A DNA stretch of 64,000 nucleotides from Coraliomargarita sp. (GCA_965216325.1 OZ244160.1:768001-832000); one strand, 5' to 3'; numbered from the stretch's first letter, positions 30,551 through 43,171 are shown. The notes: generated by a model not told the origin, from the letters alone. Numbers and translations are program-made.

Positions 30551-31350
30551 GAGCGCTGGCGCTTCGCTTCGTAGAGACAAACGGCAGCTGCGGCTGCGAC
30601 ATTGAGCGAATCAGCGCGGCCTGCCATTGGGATGCGAATGCGTTGGTTGGCTGCGTTCAGCCAGAAGTCGGTGAGGCCGTGGCTTTCGCTGCCGAAGAAG
30701 AGGGCGGTCGGCTTGGCGTAATCGACATCCCAGTGCAGACTTTCCGTGTCGGGCGTGGTCGCGATGTTCTGGATTTGGTTTTCCTGTAGCCACTTGGCCA
30801 GTTTGTCCTGTTCGACGCAGACGATGGGCAGGGCGAAACTGAGTCCTTGCGAGGAGCGTATGGCGTTCGGGTTGTAGAGATCGAGCACGCAGTCCACCAA
30901 GAGCACTGCATCCGCACCGGCGCCGTCGGCACTGCGTAGAATCGCGCCGAGGTTGCCGGGCTTTTCAATGCCCTCGAGCACGAGCAGCATGGGATTTTCG
31001 GGCAAGTTGAGCTCGCTGAGCGAGTGGCCCTGTTGTTTGCCGATGCCGATGATGCCGTCCGGGCCTTCGCGGTAGGCGGCCTTTGAGAAGGCCTCTTCGC
31101 TCATGCGAGTGAGCTCCAGCTGACCTTCGCGGCGGCATTGGTCGATAAATTCGCTGTGCGCTTCGGATGGGAACAGTTCGGGGCAAAAATACAGGGTCTC
31201 GATCTCGTAACCGGAGCCAAGTGCGTGACCCAGCTCGCGCAGACCTTCCACGAGGAAGCGCTCCTGGCGGTCGCGGTGCTTGCGTTCACGCAGTTTGACG
31301 AGGTTTTTGACCTGATCGTTCTGTTTGCTCTGTATATACTGTTCGTCCAT
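30547..31350 (-). CDS. TrmH/SpoU-family RNA methyltransferase
   Basis: FLVEG, EKPGNLGAILRSA, GSESHGL, IPM.G..DSLNVA; start ATG 31350. Confidence 0.92.
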   Translation of the reverse strand: MDEQYIQSKQNDQVKNLVKLRERKHRDRQERFLVEGLRELGHALGSGYEIETLYFCPELFPSEAHSEFIDQCRREGQLELTRMSEEAFSKAAYREGPDGIIGIGKQQGHSLSELNLPENPMLLVLEGIEKPGNLGAILRSADGAGADAVLLVDCVLDLYNPNAIRSSQGLSFALPIVCVEQDKLAKWLQENQIQNIATTPDTESLHWDVDYAKPTALFFGSESHGLTDFWLNAANQRIRIPMAGRADSLNVAAAAAVCLYEAKRQRS

Positions 31351-31530
31351 CGAATGAAATTCTGTAGGCTGCGCGGCACTGTCTCGGTGCGCACTGCGTG
31401 GTGTAAGTTCAACTGCCTGATTCGTCATGCGGAGCGAGGGCGCTCCTGCGCTACCAATAAAAATAATCTTGTTGAAGAGGCTGAACTTTCCACTTCCCAC
31501 TGCAAGCATTTCACTACAGAAGAGGAACCA

Positions 31531-32766
31531 ATGGACAAGCAAGTGCCAAAAAATTTCGTTCCCGAGCCCTATGACTATCATCAGGAGCTAGAGTTGACCG
31601 TCGAGAGCCTGACGAATCTCGGCATGGGTGTCTGCCGTGATGCGACCAAGGAGAATTGGGTCATCATGGTGCCCTTCGTTGTGCCTGGCGAGAAGGTGCG
31701 CGTGCGCGTATTCCGCAACTATGCGAACTACTCGGATGCTGATTTGCTCGAGGTGCTTGAAGCTTCCGAAGACCGTGTGGAGCCAAAGTGCGGCCTCTTC
31801 CAAACCTGTGGTGGATGCCAGTATCAGCACATCGACTACCAGCGTCAGCTCAAAGAAAAGACCGCACACGTCAAGGAGCTCATGGAGAAAATCGGCGAGA
31901 TCGATTTTCCAGTCGATCTGGCGATTGGTTCGCCCGAGGTTTACAACTATCGCTCGAAGATCACGCCGCACTACAACCGTCCGAACAAGGACGGCAGCCA
32001 GCCGATTGGTTTTCTACAATATGGTCGCCGTAATCAGATTGTGGATGTCGAGCAGTGCCCGATCGCGACGACTGCGATCAACGAAGCGCTGCCTGAGGCT
32101 CGTGAAGAAGCTCGTGCCTCCGGCGGCAAAAAGCGTCGCCAGCGTGGTGGCACACTGTTGCTTCGTGACGTGCTTGAAGGCGTGATCACGAATCCGAAGG
32201 AGATCGTTTCCGAGCGAGTGGGGGACATCACCTTCCAGTTCAAGGCGGGCGAGTTCTTCCAAAACAACCCGTTCATTTTGCCGCACATGGTGCATCACGT
32301 GGAAAGCGAAGCGTCCTCTCTAGGAGCGCGCTATCTGGTCGATGCCTACTGTGGTTCGGGCTTATTCTCGCTCTCGACGGCGAAATCCTTCGAGCAGGTG
32401 GCCGGGGTGGAAGTTAGCGCAGAAGCGGTCCTCTGGGCGCAGGCAAACTGCCGAATCAGTGGTATCAACAACGCGCGCTTCCTGATCGGCAAGGCCGAGG
32501 CGATCTTCAATGGGCTGAAATTCCCGGCGGAAGAGACGGCGATGGTCATCGATCCACCGCGTAAGGGCTGCGATGAAAGCTTCCGCCAACAATTACTGAC
32601 TTATCGTCCACAGCGCTTGGTCTATGTCTCCTGCGATCCAGCGACACAGGCACGTGATGTGAAGGAATTTGTTGAAGGGGGCTACACGATTACGCGAATT
32701 CAGCCGTTTGATCTGTTCCCGCACACTCGTCACATCGAAAATGTGATCTCCTTGAGTTTGGCTTAA
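31531..32766 (+). CDS. TrmA/RlmD-family RNA m5U methyltransferase
   Basis: TRAM-like N-terminus, CGGCQYQH, FFQNN, DAYCGSG, IDPPRKG, YVSCDP, DLFPHTRHIE; start ATG 31531. Confidence 0.92.
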   Translation: MDKQVPKNFVPEPYDYHQELELTVESLTNLGMGVCRDATKENWVIMVPFVVPGEKVRVRVFRNYANYSDADLLEVLEASEDRVEPKCGLFQTCGGCQYQHIDYQRQLKEKTAHVKELMEKIGEIDFPVDLAIGSPEVYNYRSKITPHYNRPNKDGSQPIGFLQYGRRNQIVDVEQCPIATTAINEALPEAREEARASGGKKRRQRGGTLLLRDVLEGVITNPKEIVSERVGDITFQFKAGEFFQNNPFILPHMVHHVESEASSLGARYLVDAYCGSGLFSLSTAKSFEQVAGVEVSAEAVLWAQANCRISGINNARFLIGKAEAIFNGLKFPAEETAMVIDPPRKGCDESFRQQLLTYRPQRLVYVSCDPATQARDVKEFVEGGYTITRIQPFDLFPHTRHIENVISLSLA

Positions 32767-32775
32767 AGAGAGTCG

Positions 32776-32835
32776 CAGTGGCATCCTGCCGCTTTCAGTT
32801 TGACCAGAGCGGAAGCGGCAAGATGGCGCTTCTAC
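32776..32835. repeat. REP-like doublet ending CTTCTAC
   Basis: GGCATCCTGCCGCTT...AAGCGGCAAGATGGCGCTTCTAC; related half at 62394-62416. Confidence 0.5.
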
Positions 32836-32913
32836 ATTAAAATTAGGGGTTGACGAACGCGCGGATGAGCGCATTTTCACCCTCTTTTCATTCACACTGA
32901 ACCAGAATTTTCC

Positions 32914-33114
<201 letters not shown>

Positions 33115-33156
33115 GTTTATTAGTGCGGGTGCTCACAGCGCTTGCTCTGAACTGAG

Positions 33157-33191
33157 TCCCGGCCCCGCATTTCGCGCGCCGGGATTTTTTT
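33157..33191 (+). terminator. Intrinsic terminator after rpsU
   Basis: TCCCGGC...GCCGGGA followed by T7. Confidence 0.7.
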
Positions 33192-33194
33192 GCC

Positions 33195-34151
33195 ATGTCG
33201 ATTCCCCTCATAGACCGTCTTTCACTGTCCACTTGCTGGTGCTCTGCCCGCCATACCGATGGCTATGCGATGGTGAAGGAAATGGCGGATTTGGGCTTCA
33301 AACAGATTGAGCTCAGTCATGGTATCCGGATTTCATTGGTTCCGGGCATCTTACAGGCCTTGGAAGAAGGACTGGTTAAAGTCTCTACAGTTCATAATTT
33401 CTGTCCTTTGCCTCGTAGCGTGCAGCACGCGGCGCCCAATTTGTATCAGCCCTCAGCGCCGGATGCCCGCGAGCGTATGCTGTGGAAGAATTATACGGAG
33501 CAGACGATGGACTTCGCTCTGAAAGTGAATGCTGAACTCATCGTCATGCACTCCGGTAGTGCTTGGTTTTTCTTTGGCTACCCGGAAGCGAAATTCGATA
33601 AGTGGTTGGAAGAATCGGATCTGCAGATTGCTGACTATTTAGGGGATAAGGCTTTTCTGAAGCAGCGAGACAAAGCGATGAAGCGGATTGGTCGTGCGGC
33701 CAAGAAACTCATGCCGCAAATCAAGCAGTCTTACGAGACGATCTTGCCGAAGGCAAAAGAGCAAGGAATTCGCTTTGGTCTGGAGAATCGCGAAGGCATG
33801 GAAGAGATGCCCTTGGACGATAAGTTTGCGGACTTCCTCGATGATCTCGGTGAGCCGGAGACCTTTAGCTATTGGCATGACACCGGACATGCGCAGATTA
33901 AGCATCAGCTCGGCTTGTTGGATCATCGCGAGCATTTGGAAGCAAATGCCGAGCGCCTAGCGGGCTTTCACCTGCACGATGTCTCTGAGAGTGGGCGTGA
34001 CCATCAAGTGCCAGGCACAGGCACGATCGATTTCAAAATGATTGCCGAATTTGTGCGCCCAGAGCATCTGCTCACCTTGGAATTGAGCCCCAAGCTGACG
34101 ACTCAAGAGGTACTGGCCTCGCGCGACTACATTTTGTCGGTGTTTGAATAG
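33195..34151 (+). CDS. Sugar phosphate isomerase/epimerase (xylose isomerase-like TIM barrel)
   Basis: GLENR, HDTGH, FHLHD, DH.VPGTG.IDF, LEL. Confidence 0.85.
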   Translation: MSIPLIDRLSLSTCWCSARHTDGYAMVKEMADLGFKQIELSHGIRISLVPGILQALEEGLVKVSTVHNFCPLPRSVQHAAPNLYQPSAPDARERMLWKNYTEQTMDFALKVNAELIVMHSGSAWFFFGYPEAKFDKWLEESDLQIADYLGDKAFLKQRDKAMKRIGRAAKKLMPQIKQSYETILPKAKEQGIRFGLENREGMEEMPLDDKFADFLDDLGEPETFSYWHDTGHAQIKHQLGLLDHREHLEANAERLAGFHLHDVSESGRDHQVPGTGTIDFKMIAEFVRPEHLLTLELSPKLTTQEVLASRDYILSVFE

Positions 34152-34168
34152 GGTGCCGGGGTTCCGCC

Positions 34169-34513
34169 TTACCCGAAGGTTTTTCGGTTCCAGCCCCAGT
34201 CTTTGGGGGTGATATCCAGGACGTTGATAAAAATGCGTTCAGGGTGAATCTCTACGGTCGATTCGATGGCTTCGCAGAGTTTGGGCGAGAGTTGTTCGCA
34301 GGCATCTTTAGGGAGACGTAATCCACGGACTTCAACAAAGGCTGTGGGGATGGTGCTTTCGCCGAGGGTCATCTCGGCTTCAGTCCAAGCTGTCATTAAA
34401 TACTGTGTCGACTTGCCAAGTGTTTCGGCGAGCACCTTGGAGCAGGCAGCGAGGCATCGTTGTTTCTCTTCGGGGCTTACGTCAGCATTCGAAGTAATCT
34501 TTAAATAGGGCAT
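34169..34513 (-). CDS. MIF/phenylpyruvate tautomerase family protein
   Basis: Pro after Met (MPYLKITSN), LGK, ERIFI, WGWN..TF. Confidence 0.85.
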   Translation of the reverse strand: MPYLKITSNADVSPEEKQRCLAACSKVLAETLGKSTQYLMTAWTEAEMTLGESTIPTAFVEVRGLRLPKDACEQLSPKLCEAIESTVEIHPERIFINVLDITPKDWGWNRKTFG

Positions 34514-34558
34514 CTTTAGTGACTTGTGATTAGACTGGCCTCTGGCTCTGACTCAGTC

Positions 34559-35500
34559 CTAAGCGTGCGTCAGGTTCTTGAGGAAGCGTTCGCTGCGCGG
34601 TGTGTTTGAGTCGGCCACCCACGCGGTGAGAACAGCTCCCTGTAGGGCCGAGAGTTGCAAGTCCTGTATTTGAACTCCGGATACGTCTTCACTGATGGCT
34701 GCAACCAATTTTTGTTTGAAGAGTGCATTGCCGCTGATGAGGCCACCGCTGAGCGCCAGTGGCAGTTCGTCGAGATCGCTTTTCGCTTTAACAGCTTTGA
34801 CGAGTTCCACGAGTTCGCTGATGGCATTACGCATAATTTTTCTAGATGGGGCATCCCCATCTTCAGCGAGCATGAAAATTTCTGGGCTTAAAGCTGCGAT
34901 TTGGCGAGTGCTGCAGTTCCCTGGGTCAAATGTCGTGATGTCCTGGACAGCTAATGCATGCTCAATTGCTTGGCGCAAGGGTGCCTCGCGGTCCTGGGTT
35001 TTAGCCGCTAGTATCGCTTGTTTTCCAATCCATCCACCGCTCCCTTCATCACCAATTTTAGCGCCCAGGCCTCCGGCACGGTGATGGTTACAAGCATTGT
35101 CTACCGACATACATATGGACCCTGTTCCCGCGATTAGAATACAACCGGGCTTCCCCAGGAAGGCACCGCTGAGCGCAGCTTCAACATCGGTGGTTAAGAT
35201 CGGCTTCAGGGAGAACTTGAACGGGAGGCTTCCTAAAATGCCTTGTAGAATGTCCTGACGCTCTGGTGCTGCGCTGCCAGCGAGGGAGAAGCAGGCTGCT
35301 TGAATCTCGTAGCTTTCGTCTTCGACGCCGAGCAAGGCTTTTCGACAGGCGCTCTTTAAATTCTGCGCGACGATTTCTTCGGAGCTAGTGGTTAGATTGC
35401 TGGGGCCGGAAATAGCCGAGCCAATATATTCGCCGTCGTCATTTACGACTAAGCAACGGGTTTTAGTGCCACCCCCATCTATTCCGAGATACAACTGCAT
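34559..35500 (-). CDS. BadF/BadG/BcrA/BcrD-type N-acetylglucosamine kinase-like ATPase
   Basis: LGIDGGGTKT, LIAGTGS, GG.G..IGDEGSG.WIG. Confidence 0.88.
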   Translation of the reverse strand: MQLYLGIDGGGTKTRCLVVNDDGEYIGSAISGPSNLTTSSEEIVAQNLKSACRKALLGVEDESYEIQAACFSLAGSAAPERQDILQGILGSLPFKFSLKPILTTDVEAALSGAFLGKPGCILIAGTGSICMSVDNACNHHRAGGLGAKIGDEGSGGWIGKQAILAAKTQDREAPLRQAIEHALAVQDITTFDPGNCSTRQIAALSPEIFMLAEDGDAPSRKIMRNAISELVELVKAVKAKSDLDELPLALSGGLISGNALFKQKLVAAISEDVSGVQIQDLQLSALQGAVLTAWVADSNTPRSERFLKNLTHA

Positions 35501-35528
35501 GATTTAGGAAATGCAGGACTTTGGAGCG

Positions 35529-36567
35529 TTTGTCGATGCCTTAGCTTGGGGATTCGATCGCCCCCTCTGATCTAGCCAACGGATGGCTTGATGATGGTTC
35601 ATTGTTACCTTCCAGGAAGATCGGGGTGGTATTCTCTTCGTAGCGTGCCGCTTCAGCAAACGCTCTTCTTCGGTAAGCTTAGGGCATGATTTTCTTACTC
35701 TGGAGGAGCGTTTGCTGAAGCGGCACGCTACGCTATCACAACGGTATGCGCCTGTTTTCAATGCAATATCGTGTGCTGCTGAATTGGATTTTCAAGCAGA
35801 GTGCGTCCACAAGTGGAGCACCTACAGGAGGCCAATCACAATGCTCTAGGCGCCAATTGCTTGAATCAATAGCTTTGTCGATGCCTTAGCTTGGGGATTC
35901 GATCGCCCCCACTGATCTAGCCAACAGATGGCTTGATGATGGTTCATTGTTACCTTCCAGGAAGATCGGGGTGGTATTCTCATCGTAGCGTGCCGCTTCA
36001 GCAAACGCTCTTCTTCGGTAAGCTTAGGGCATGATTTTCTTACTCTGGAGGAGCGTTTGCTGAAGCGGCACGCTACGCTATCACAACGGTATGCGCCTGT
36101 TTTCAATGCAATATCGTGTGCTGCTGAATTGGATTTTGAAGCAGAGTGCGTCCACAAGTGGAGCACCTACGGGAGGCCAATCACAATGCTCTAGGCGCTA
36201 ATTGCTTGAATCAATAGCTTTGTCGATGCCTTAGCTTGGGGATTCGACCGCCCCCTCTGATCTAGCCAACGGATGGCTTGTTGATGGTTCATTGTTACCT
36301 TCCAGGAAGATCGGGGTGGTATTCTCTTCGTAGCGTGCCGCTTCAGCAAACGCTCTTCTTCGGTAAGCTTAGGGCATGATTTTCTTACTCTGGAGGAGCG
36401 TTTGCTGAAGCGGCACGCTACGCTATCACAACGGTATGCGCCTGTTTTCAATGCAATATCGTGTGCTGCTGAATTGGATTTTGAAGCAGAGTGCGTCCAC
36501 AAGTGGAGCACCTACAGGAGGCCAATCACGATGCCCTAAGCGCCAATTGCTTGAATCAATAGCTTTG
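35529..36567. repeat. Tandem repeat, 3 x 345 bp, each with a GTAG REP-like hairpin and the 3' tip of the transporter gene
   Basis: Units start at 35529, 35874 and 36219; TTTG microhomology at 36564; perfect 26-bp inverted repeats at 35640-35731, 35985-36076, 36330-36421. Confidence 0.95.
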
Positions 36568-38149
36568 CCAGCACAATCATGACGATCAGAGCCACCGGAT
36601 AAGCGGATACATAGCTGACAACCGGTACTTGAGAGTCGGTTTTTGCAGTGATTGCCCCCAGGGCTGGGGTCGATGTCATACTGCCGCAGACGCCACCGAG
36701 TGCCTGTAGTGGGTCCAAGCCGAATAGTTTACGTGCAAGCGGCCAGGCAATTATCAATGGCACTACGGTGACTGCCAGACCCAGTCCGAAGAGTGCGAGA
36801 CCGTACTGGTGCACCGTATCCACGAGCGAGACGCCACCCTTGATGCCAGCATTCGCGAGGAAAAAGACCAGTCCAAGCTCTTGTAGCAGGAGACGTGTCG
36901 GGCGTGGAATGTGACCGACAATGCGTCCGACGCGTCCGAAGTGACCAAGGATCAGAGCCACAAAGAGTGGGCCACCCGCAAGGCCGAGTGTAATCGCAGG
37001 GCTATTCGGCAACCCAATGGGCATAATACCGGCGATAATGCCGAGCGTGATGCCTGCAGACAGGGATAGCAGGTCCGTTGCATCGATTGCACTGCTGCGG
37101 TGACCGGTGGCTTTGGCGAATTTCTTGAGGTCCTCACGACGACCGACAGAGGTCAGCGTATCGTTCTGCTCAATGACGGTGGATGCATTGGGCACAAACG
37201 TGAGGCCGAGGCGTGTGATACGTGTAATGACTACGCCATACTCCTTTAGGGGGGCGAGCTCACGGAGGTTTTTCCCGCAGATCTTGCGGTTGGTCACCAG
37301 TAGCTGTTGGCGCTCATTTTCCACGTCTTTGAGTAAGTGGCGTGAACTACGATGTCCGATATAGTCGACCGCAATCTCGATCTCTTTACTGCGTCCCACG
37401 AGCAGGAGCAGTTGTCCTTCGGTATAACTGTCGTCATAGCTCAGCGGCACGAGCTGACCCTCTTTGAAAATACGCGAGACTTGGCAGGCGTTTAAATTCG
37501 TGATGCCCGAGTCGGCGATTTTCTTACCGAACAGGTTTTGGTTGGTTACTTCCACCAGCACATTTTCGACACGGTCTTCCGCGGTATCCGCTTTCTCGTG
37601 TTGGGCCGCAATTGCCTCGAGGTCGTGCTTGAGAATGCGTGGCATTAACTGCACGAAGAGCACGACGCCAATCACGCCAAAGGGGTAGGCGATACCATAG
37701 CCAATACTGACGCCACTCGACCCGCTGGCGACGCCCTCAGTCGCAGCAGCCAAGGCTGGAGTGCTGGTCAAGGCTCCGGCAAAGATACCGGCTGCCAGAT
37801 CGGAAGGGAGGTTGAGCGATTTGGCTCCAATCCAGGTAATCAAGCCGCCACTGCCCACGATAATGAGTGCGAGTTTGGCAAGATTCGCTCCTTCACGTGC
37901 GACGGATGCAAAGAAGCGGCCGCCTGCACCGATACCAACACAATAGACAAACAGTACGAGTCCAAGCGTCCCCACACCTCCGGGGATCGTGTAACCGAGG
38001 TGACCCGCCAGTAAGGCAGAGAACAACACACCAGAGCTGCCGAGGTTGATGCCTTTGATGGTGATGCTGCCGAATAACAGTCCGGTTGCAATGACCGCGA
38101 ATAGGGTGATCATCGGTTGATCCAGTAGGAGAGTGTGAATGGCTTCCAT
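36536..38149 (-). CDS. AspT/YidE/YbjL-family transporter with two TrkA_C (RCK_C) domains
   Basis: LGSSGVLF, AGALTSTPALAA, AYPFG, GLAGGPLFVAL, CGSMTSTPAL. Confidence 0.9.
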   Translation of the reverse strand: MEAIHTLLLDQPMITLFAVIATGLLFGSITIKGINLGSSGVLFSALLAGHLGYTIPGGVGTLGLVLFVYCVGIGAGGRFFASVAREGANLAKLALIIVGSGGLITWIGAKSLNLPSDLAAGIFAGALTSTPALAAATEGVASGSSGVSIGYGIAYPFGVIGVVLFVQLMPRILKHDLEAIAAQHEKADTAEDRVENVLVEVTNQNLFGKKIADSGITNLNACQVSRIFKEGQLVPLSYDDSYTEGQLLLLVGRSKEIEIAVDYIGHRSSRHLLKDVENERQQLLVTNRKICGKNLRELAPLKEYGVVITRITRLGLTFVPNASTVIEQNDTLTSVGRREDLKKFAKATGHRSSAIDATDLLSLSAGITLGIIAGIMPIGLPNSPAITLGLAGGPLFVALILGHFGRVGRIVGHIPRPTRLLLQELGLVFFLANAGIKGGVSLVDTVHQYGLALFGLGLAVTVVPLIIAWPLARKLFGLDPLQALGGVCGSMTSTPALGAITAKTDSQVPVVSYVSAYPVALIVMIVLAKLLIQAIGA

Positions 38150-38233
38150 TTTTGAATTAGTAATGCTTATCCTGGGTTAATTTAAGATAAGATTGTTTTA
38201 TTTCAAGCCTTGTTTCTTAAAACGAGCGAGATG

Positions 38234-38806
38234 CTACTGAGCGAGTTGCCAATAGCAGGCGCGAAACACTTCCCGCACGTTGCCACCGCTTTGCTGAAAT
38301 GCAAGTTTGGCCTGCTCAATTAGTTCGGGGCTACAGTGATCATGGGAGAGTTGTCGCACCAATGTTTCAGTCAGTGGCCAGTCGGGGCTGGTGTGGTGTA
38401 GAATGGCTAATCGGCGCTTGCGGTGCAGTGTCGCGATTAGGGCTAAGTGTTTCCGGCGGGTGATGCGGCGTAGCTGGAATTGCTGCCAGCAGTTGAGCAC
38501 TTCAGCACCGTCGAATAGGCAAACTGTGCCGGAGGACAGGCTACGGAGTCGATGGATTGCTGCGTTACGTTCGTGGTGGGATGAGTCCCGATTCAAGCGC
38601 AGCCAGTGTGTCGGTCGATCACGTGCCGTTAAGAGTGGCTCGAGATCTTCCAAGAGTGTGGTTTTGCCCGTTCCGTGTGGTCCGAGGATGCAGGACCAGC
38701 GTAACTGTAACGCAGATACTGCCAACTGCTGCAGCTCAGGTCCCTCAAGCGAGTAGCGTATGCGCTCAACGTTTGAGGAACGAAAAGGATTTTCGTTTGC
38801 TTTCAT
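38234..38806 (-). CDS. Small P-loop ATPase
   Basis: NPF N-terminus, Walker A GPHGTGKTT, LFDGAE, GNVRE. Confidence 0.75.
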   Translation of the reverse strand: MKANENPFRSSNVERIRYSLEGPELQQLAVSALQLRWSCILGPHGTGKTTLLEDLEPLLTARDRPTHWLRLNRDSSHHERNAAIHRLRSLSSGTVCLFDGAEVLNCWQQFQLRRITRRKHLALIATLHRKRRLAILHHTSPDWPLTETLVRQLSHDHCSPELIEQAKLAFQQSGGNVREVFRACYWQLAQ

Positions 38807-39173
38807 CGGCGACTTGATGGAGGTCCACTGCTTGACCGTGCGGGCTCACAGTGATCGGCAGGCGATACTCGGCCTTGCTTTTTTTGACGTGCAATTCGAG
38901 GGCCCAATTGACCGAGATCAGTGTGCCGGCAAAGGAGTAAGGACTTGGCGGCAGCGTGAACTCAAAGGCTTCTTCCCCGCTGGTTTGTTCGGTTCTCCAA
39001 GTTTGTTCAGCCTCGACCTTGCGGTCCTGAGTGCCTCTGCCTTCGGTGATCCAGCCGAGTGAAAGCGTGAGCTCTTTGGGTGCCTTATCCAGAGCCCATA
39101 GTATCTTACCGGACAGCGTTTGCCCGGGCTCGACCTGTGTTTGTGGTATATCGATAAATAGGTTGGCTTCCAT
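38766..39173 (-). CDS. Hypothetical protein (arrestin/SpoOM-like beta-sandwich)
   Basis: Likely start MEANLF at 39173, coupled to upstream stop; W.TEGRGT.D, FTLPPSPYSF.G.LISVNW. Confidence 0.65.
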   Translation of the reverse strand: MEANLFIDIPQTQVEPGQTLSGKILWALDKAPKELTLSLGWITEGRGTQDRKVEAEQTWRTEQTSGEEAFEFTLPPSPYSFAGTLISVNWALELHVKKSKAEYRLPITVSPHGQAVDLHQVADESKRKSFSFLKR

Positions 39174-40372
39174 TATCTGTGGGAGTCGAGGTGATTGCTG
39201 AGTGGGCGAACGGTAATGGGGTACTGGTCTTTGATATCTGGGTAGCGGGGGATTTCGCCTTCGACCTCTAGCTGCCATTCGATTTGGTTATTACCGCTGT
39301 CAAAGCTGTGCATGCTATCGATTGGAAGGCTGAGCTTGAGGATGCCGCGCTGCTGGCTTGCCGGTTGATCGAGCTCGAGGAGGACCTCTTGATGAAATAT
39401 GGAACGATCAGTGACTGAGTCCGTGCCACGGCGATAAGTAGCCGCTTCCTGCCCGGTTATTTGTATCGTCAATGTTCGCAGGCGGTGCAGTGGCTTATTG
39501 GCGTTCCACTCCAGTTGCACGGGTTCGCCGAGTCGCGGGCTGGCTTCGCTCAGGGTGAGCTCAAGCTTCGGGTTGGCGAGGGCTAGCAGGCTATGGAAAA
39601 TTGCAAAAATCAGGCCGATGCCGATCAGCACAAAGGGAATGATGAAGACGGTCAGAAACCATTCCGGATTGCCGCTCAGGTGGCTTTGAACGGCTATCGT
39701 GACGAAGACACCCGTGATGCCATTCCAAAAGATAGCGGCGAAGGTGGTGCCAATTACTTTGCCGATGCCTGAACTGCTGGGCTTTAATACTTGGGTGCCA
39801 CTTGACTGGGTGCTTACCGGTTGGTGTTGATTGCCAACGCCCAGCTTCCAGCGTTTGGGCAGCAGGCCGATGGCTCCAAGGAGCGCGCCCATGCCGATGA
39901 GCATAAAAATCGAGGTGAAGGGAATGATGATAAAAACGATACGGGGGATATCTCTGCTGATCACCGCGCTTCGCGGGTTGTCGGGATCCACCCAACAAAT
40001 CTGCTGTGAACCTTTGGGGTATTGCGATACTACCTTCGCTTTTCCGCTGCGACCACTTGAGCTGCTATCATCAAAGTTGTAAGTGTTACTGACGTATGCT
40101 TGGCCGTTTACTTCGTAACTGAAGCTGATCTCAATACTGTAAGTGTCGCCGTCGCTACTATCATGTGTTTTAACAGCGCTGGACAGGATCTCGCACTTCG
40201 TTTCCACCCAGTCTTTGCTCCCTAAGGACTTCAGGAGTGGATTCAGCCCCATCATCCAGCAGAAGAGGGCACCCATGCCAAAAAACATGCAACCAAAGAT
40301 CAGTAAGCCGATCCGACCCGAAACTTGTTTGGAGCCGCCGCCGGGACGTATGGATTTGTTGTCTCTAGCCAT
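39173..40372 (-). CDS. DUF3592-domain membrane protein
   Basis: TM, W.ET.CEIL.S..., YEVNGQ.Y, WVDPDNP, further TM segments. Confidence 0.75.
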   Translation of the reverse strand: MARDNKSIRPGGGSKQVSGRIGLLIFGCMFFGMGALFCWMMGLNPLLKSLGSKDWVETKCEILSSAVKTHDSSDGDTYSIEISFSYEVNGQAYVSNTYNFDDSSSSGRSGKAKVVSQYPKGSQQICWVDPDNPRSAVISRDIPRIVFIIIPFTSIFMLIGMGALLGAIGLLPKRWKLGVGNQHQPVSTQSSGTQVLKPSSSGIGKVIGTTFAAIFWNGITGVFVTIAVQSHLSGNPEWFLTVFIIPFVLIGIGLIFAIFHSLLALANPKLELTLSEASPRLGEPVQLEWNANKPLHRLRTLTIQITGQEAATYRRGTDSVTDRSIFHQEVLLELDQPASQQRGILKLSLPIDSMHSFDSGNNQIEWQLEVEGEIPRYPDIKDQYPITVRPLSNHLDSHR

Positions 40373-40565
40373 GAGTAAAGTGGAATGATTGTTGAACCGT
40401 TAATTTACGTTAATTTACGTTAATTTTTAGGAGAGTATCTAGTTAAATTCTCGTTTGCGTATTTCACTTGGTAGCGCAGCACCGTCCTCGGTGCGCACCA
40501 CGTTTTGTCAGCCGTATTGTGTGACTTCGATGCGGCGCCCGTCGCGTCAGAGTCGTCGTTCCAGA

Positions 40566-40593
40566 CTGCGGGCTTCGCAAGCAAAGCCCCTAC
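40566..40593. repeat. REP-like unit (uninterrupted allele of 24027-24093)
   Basis: CTGCGGGCTTCGCAAGCAAAGCCCCTAC. Confidence 0.6.
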
Positions 40594-40758
40594 GGCGAAG
40601 CACAGTTTGGTTCTGATTTTCTCCTTATTCGAGTGCCATCATGGCATGCCTGTAATGGAAAAGGATTCGACCATTTGGTGTGAGTTACTCTTCGGCCTCT
40701 TGAATTACGTGCCATATGTATGCGCATGATTCACGTAAATTAACGTTCATGAACGGTC

Positions 40759-42759
<2,001 letters not shown>

Positions 42760-42943
42760 TCAAAAGCGTTCTATTCGAGAGATCAATATTGAACCCAAAC
42801 GATGCAAATGCGTTTCCGGAATCGATATCATACCGGTTTCTATTGTGTTTGAACCTCTAGTCAGGTCATTGCGGCCTGTCTTTCGGATGCATTAATAACG
42901 GATTTGGAAAGCTTCGGCAGTGTTGACTCGAGCCCGCGTTTGA

Positions 42944-43013
42944 GGAGGACAGGAATGTCCTGCCTCCTGTATCAAGCGCTTCGTTTAAAGGAGGACGGAC
43001 ATTCTTGTCCGTC
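42944..43013. repeat. GGAG-type REP-like pair
   Basis: GGAGGACAGGAATGTCCTGCCTCC and GGAGGACGGACATTCTTGTCCGTC. Confidence 0.55.
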
Positions 43014-43171
43014 TTTCAGTTCATACTGTATTGAAGGTGGTATCAGCGGTGATCTAATGTTGTTTAGAAGATCGTTTGGCCGCTTAGCGAGGGACATTTG
43101 GCCGCAAACGTCCCTGCCGTCTGCACGATATCGGATAGCTGAAAGTGGGGGAGTATTTATTCTATCAGAAC

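Noticed and set aside
30547..32766. Apparent 440-bp overlap between the two methyltransferase ORFs
   Set aside because: Caused by over-extended starts; the likely starts 31350 (-) and 31531 (+) are divergent and do not overlap
35504..36511. 85-106 aa ORFs inside the tandem repeat
   Set aside because: They run through REP hairpins, and two borrow the transporter's last codons; no protein-like features
35529..36567. CRISPR array
   Set aside because: Whole 345-bp units repeat with no unique spacers, and no cas genes are present
38150..38233. c-di-AMP riboswitch upstream of the RCK_C transporter
   Set aside because: Short AT-rich spacer with only a small CTTATC/GATAAG repeat; no aptamer features visible
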